Shown: positions 5,060 through 6,733 of the stretch, in pieces
Position numbering within the stretch: position 1 is the stretch's first letter
How the letters are laid out: each line of letters begins with the position of its first letter
Assembly (NCBI RefSeq): GCF_006345805.1
Contig: NW_021829247.1
Coordinates: 1-6,733, forward strand
Source of the DNA: Octopus sinensis
Taxonomy: Eukaryota
Direction: 5' to 3'
DNA: 6,733 nucleotides
Position numbers and translations under genes: made by a program
The notes under the pieces: model-generated
Told to the model about the DNA's origin: nothing
Databases searched by the model: none
Seen by the model: only the letters and a program-made list of their open reading frames with translations

Positions 5060-6733
5060 ATATTGTTTTTCATCACATTTTCAAAACAGAACAGTTGTGA
5101 GTTAGAATATTTAGGATTACCTATATTCTGTAATTTAACGTCCAACCTTTTTATTTCCTTTCTCATGTATTGTGAAATGAAACACCGCCTCTTTTCGAGA
5201 ACTACTGTAATTTTGTTTTGCGTGCGCTTTGGAATTTGACTGCTATTTCTAGGCCTCTTTAACCTGTTATTTTCCTTTTGCCAATGTTTGAACCGCTGCC
5301 TTCTTTTCAGTTTGAGCTGAGGTATTTTTTTTTCTTTAGTAATCGATGTTATATCTAATATACTATTTATAGCATTCAATGTTATTAATAAAACATTCTA
5401 AATAGCGTCATAATGGAATGTGTGGTATGTGAATGCGCAGCCCGTTGGTTATTGGACTCTATTTTATGAGAATTGGTTTGTGAGTGTTCGCGTAGACATT
5501 GTACTCAATACGCTTATTACTAGGAAATATTTTTCAAGTCTGTAATTAGAGCATACAGAAATAGAGACCCATACATCTATTAAATAAATTCCACGTAACT
5601 AGCTTGGACAAGGCAATATGAATCCATCAATCTATGATTACAATTCTGTCATTTAATATGCCGTTCTGTTAGCCTTATCCAAGAACTAGAGAGTGATTTT
5701 GATCTGAGGGATATTTCAAAGATGACTGCTTCTCCAGGAATACATTAACTTGAGATGCATTCAATTTTCCATTTCAGCTGAGTTATTTTTCTCAGAAATC
5801 AACGTGATGTCCATAATAGACCCTCCTTCCACATTGCTAATCCAGTAACATTAGTTGCAATTTGCTCAGAAGGGTAACATGTGGTGGATGTAAGAGCAGG
5901 TATGAGTTATCCAAAATTTTGTATATAAGGACGCACTGTTGTCCTTATCACAATATTGGACTAAGTATGCTTTCTTTCTCGAGACTAATTTCTGTTTACT
6001 TTGCTGTAAGCGCACATCGATGTAGACATCCAGGGTTGTTCATAATAAACTGACATTATCTTGCTTTGGCAAGGCAAAATGTCCTTGGAATATATGTCTT
6101 TCCGAGCTATTTGCATTTCTTAAAACTCTTGTATCTCTGTTGATGTTCTTTCACAGCCTATCGGTGTCTACATATTGTAAAAAAAAACTACACAATAAGA
6201 TTCGTGTATGTTTTTCTTGCATTTGCCATAGTACAGTGCCGTTGTGATACACTGGGATGTAGATTCAAATTTCCTTCTGCTGCAAATAAGGGTTAGATGA
6301 TGCCAAAATATACAGCAAATTTGAATGCCTTACATCGATATGTCACGCTGGTCGGCAGCATATGGATTACATGATATTCATACGCCAATACCATAGTAAA
6401 AATAAAATTCTGGTTGATTCCATGTTCTACAAATTTTTAATGAGATGCCTTACATTGTTCAGCCCACAGGAACGTTAGATTTCGGCCATTCATTTCCTAG
6501 GTCTAATATTTGAGTCGTTTAACTTTTCACCTCAAATTGGTGATCGTCATCTGATGATCATCTCACAACTTTCCATCTTATTCTAATGGCAGTTTTATTT
6601 GCTCTGCCATCGGCCTAGTAATGTATTATTGTTCATTTTAGCTATAATCACTCTCTTTAAACCTAGATGTTATTCAATACCTGACACCCAAATTTCTTCC
6701 TTCTTAGCATAAATCTAACGGGAAACGCTGGCA

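Noticed and set aside
5029-5379. 116-aa basic minus-strand ORF with faint resemblance to a piggyBac C-terminal region
   Set aside because: Begins at a non-ATG codon, runs into the MITE TIR, is explained by T-rich plus-strand composition, and shows no DDD or YN..MGGVD motifs nearby.
5778-6053. Possible plus-strand exon (acceptors at 5777 and 5795, donor CAG|GTATGA at ~5899) and the 63-aa ORF with CGGC
   Set aside because: All three frames from the 5795 acceptor contain stops before the donor, and there is no recognisable homology. RNA-seq would be needed to rescue it as a non-coding or micro-exon.
6168-6329. Cys/His-rich minus-strand open stretch (..QCITTALYYGKCKKNIHESYCVVFFY..) loosely like a transposase C-terminal zinc finger
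   Set aside because: No start codon, imperfect Cys spacing and no adjoining catalytic motifs. A significant BLASTX/HMM hit for 5060-6733 would be needed to reinstate it.
6325-6455. 11-bp direct repeat ATGCCTTACAT at 6325 and 6445 (120 bp apart)
   Set aside because: Surrounding sequence does not align; too short to distinguish from chance.

Overview
Repeat-dense, AT-rich eukaryotic genomic DNA with no supportable host gene. The SINE and MITE sequences resemble repeats I recall from octopus (coleoid cephalopod) genomes; this is not database-verified. (1) A dead L1/Tx1-clade LINE lies on the minus strand (~738-3482). It has a 5' UTR with three ~145-bp tandem monomers, a short disrupted ORF1 (2336-2819) and a disrupted ORF2. 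ORF2 has lost most of its endonuclease domain and everything beyond the RT YADD motif. The LINE is bracketed, in the same orientation, by the head (3483-3520) and 3' tail (683-737) of a tRNA-type SINE, and the tail is fused directly onto the RT reading frame. (2) A plus-strand copy of the same SINE family (3691-4444) is split by a full-length antisense copy (3835-4234). (3) A 389-bp MITE (4671-5059) has 29-bp TIRs, an 8-9 bp TSD and an internal TTAGGG/G-quadruplex cassette. (4) The window also holds microsatellites and a 73-bp dispersed repeat. 5060-6733 is unassigned. The best candidate for something undescribed is the SINE-head/LINE-body/SINE-tail composite.
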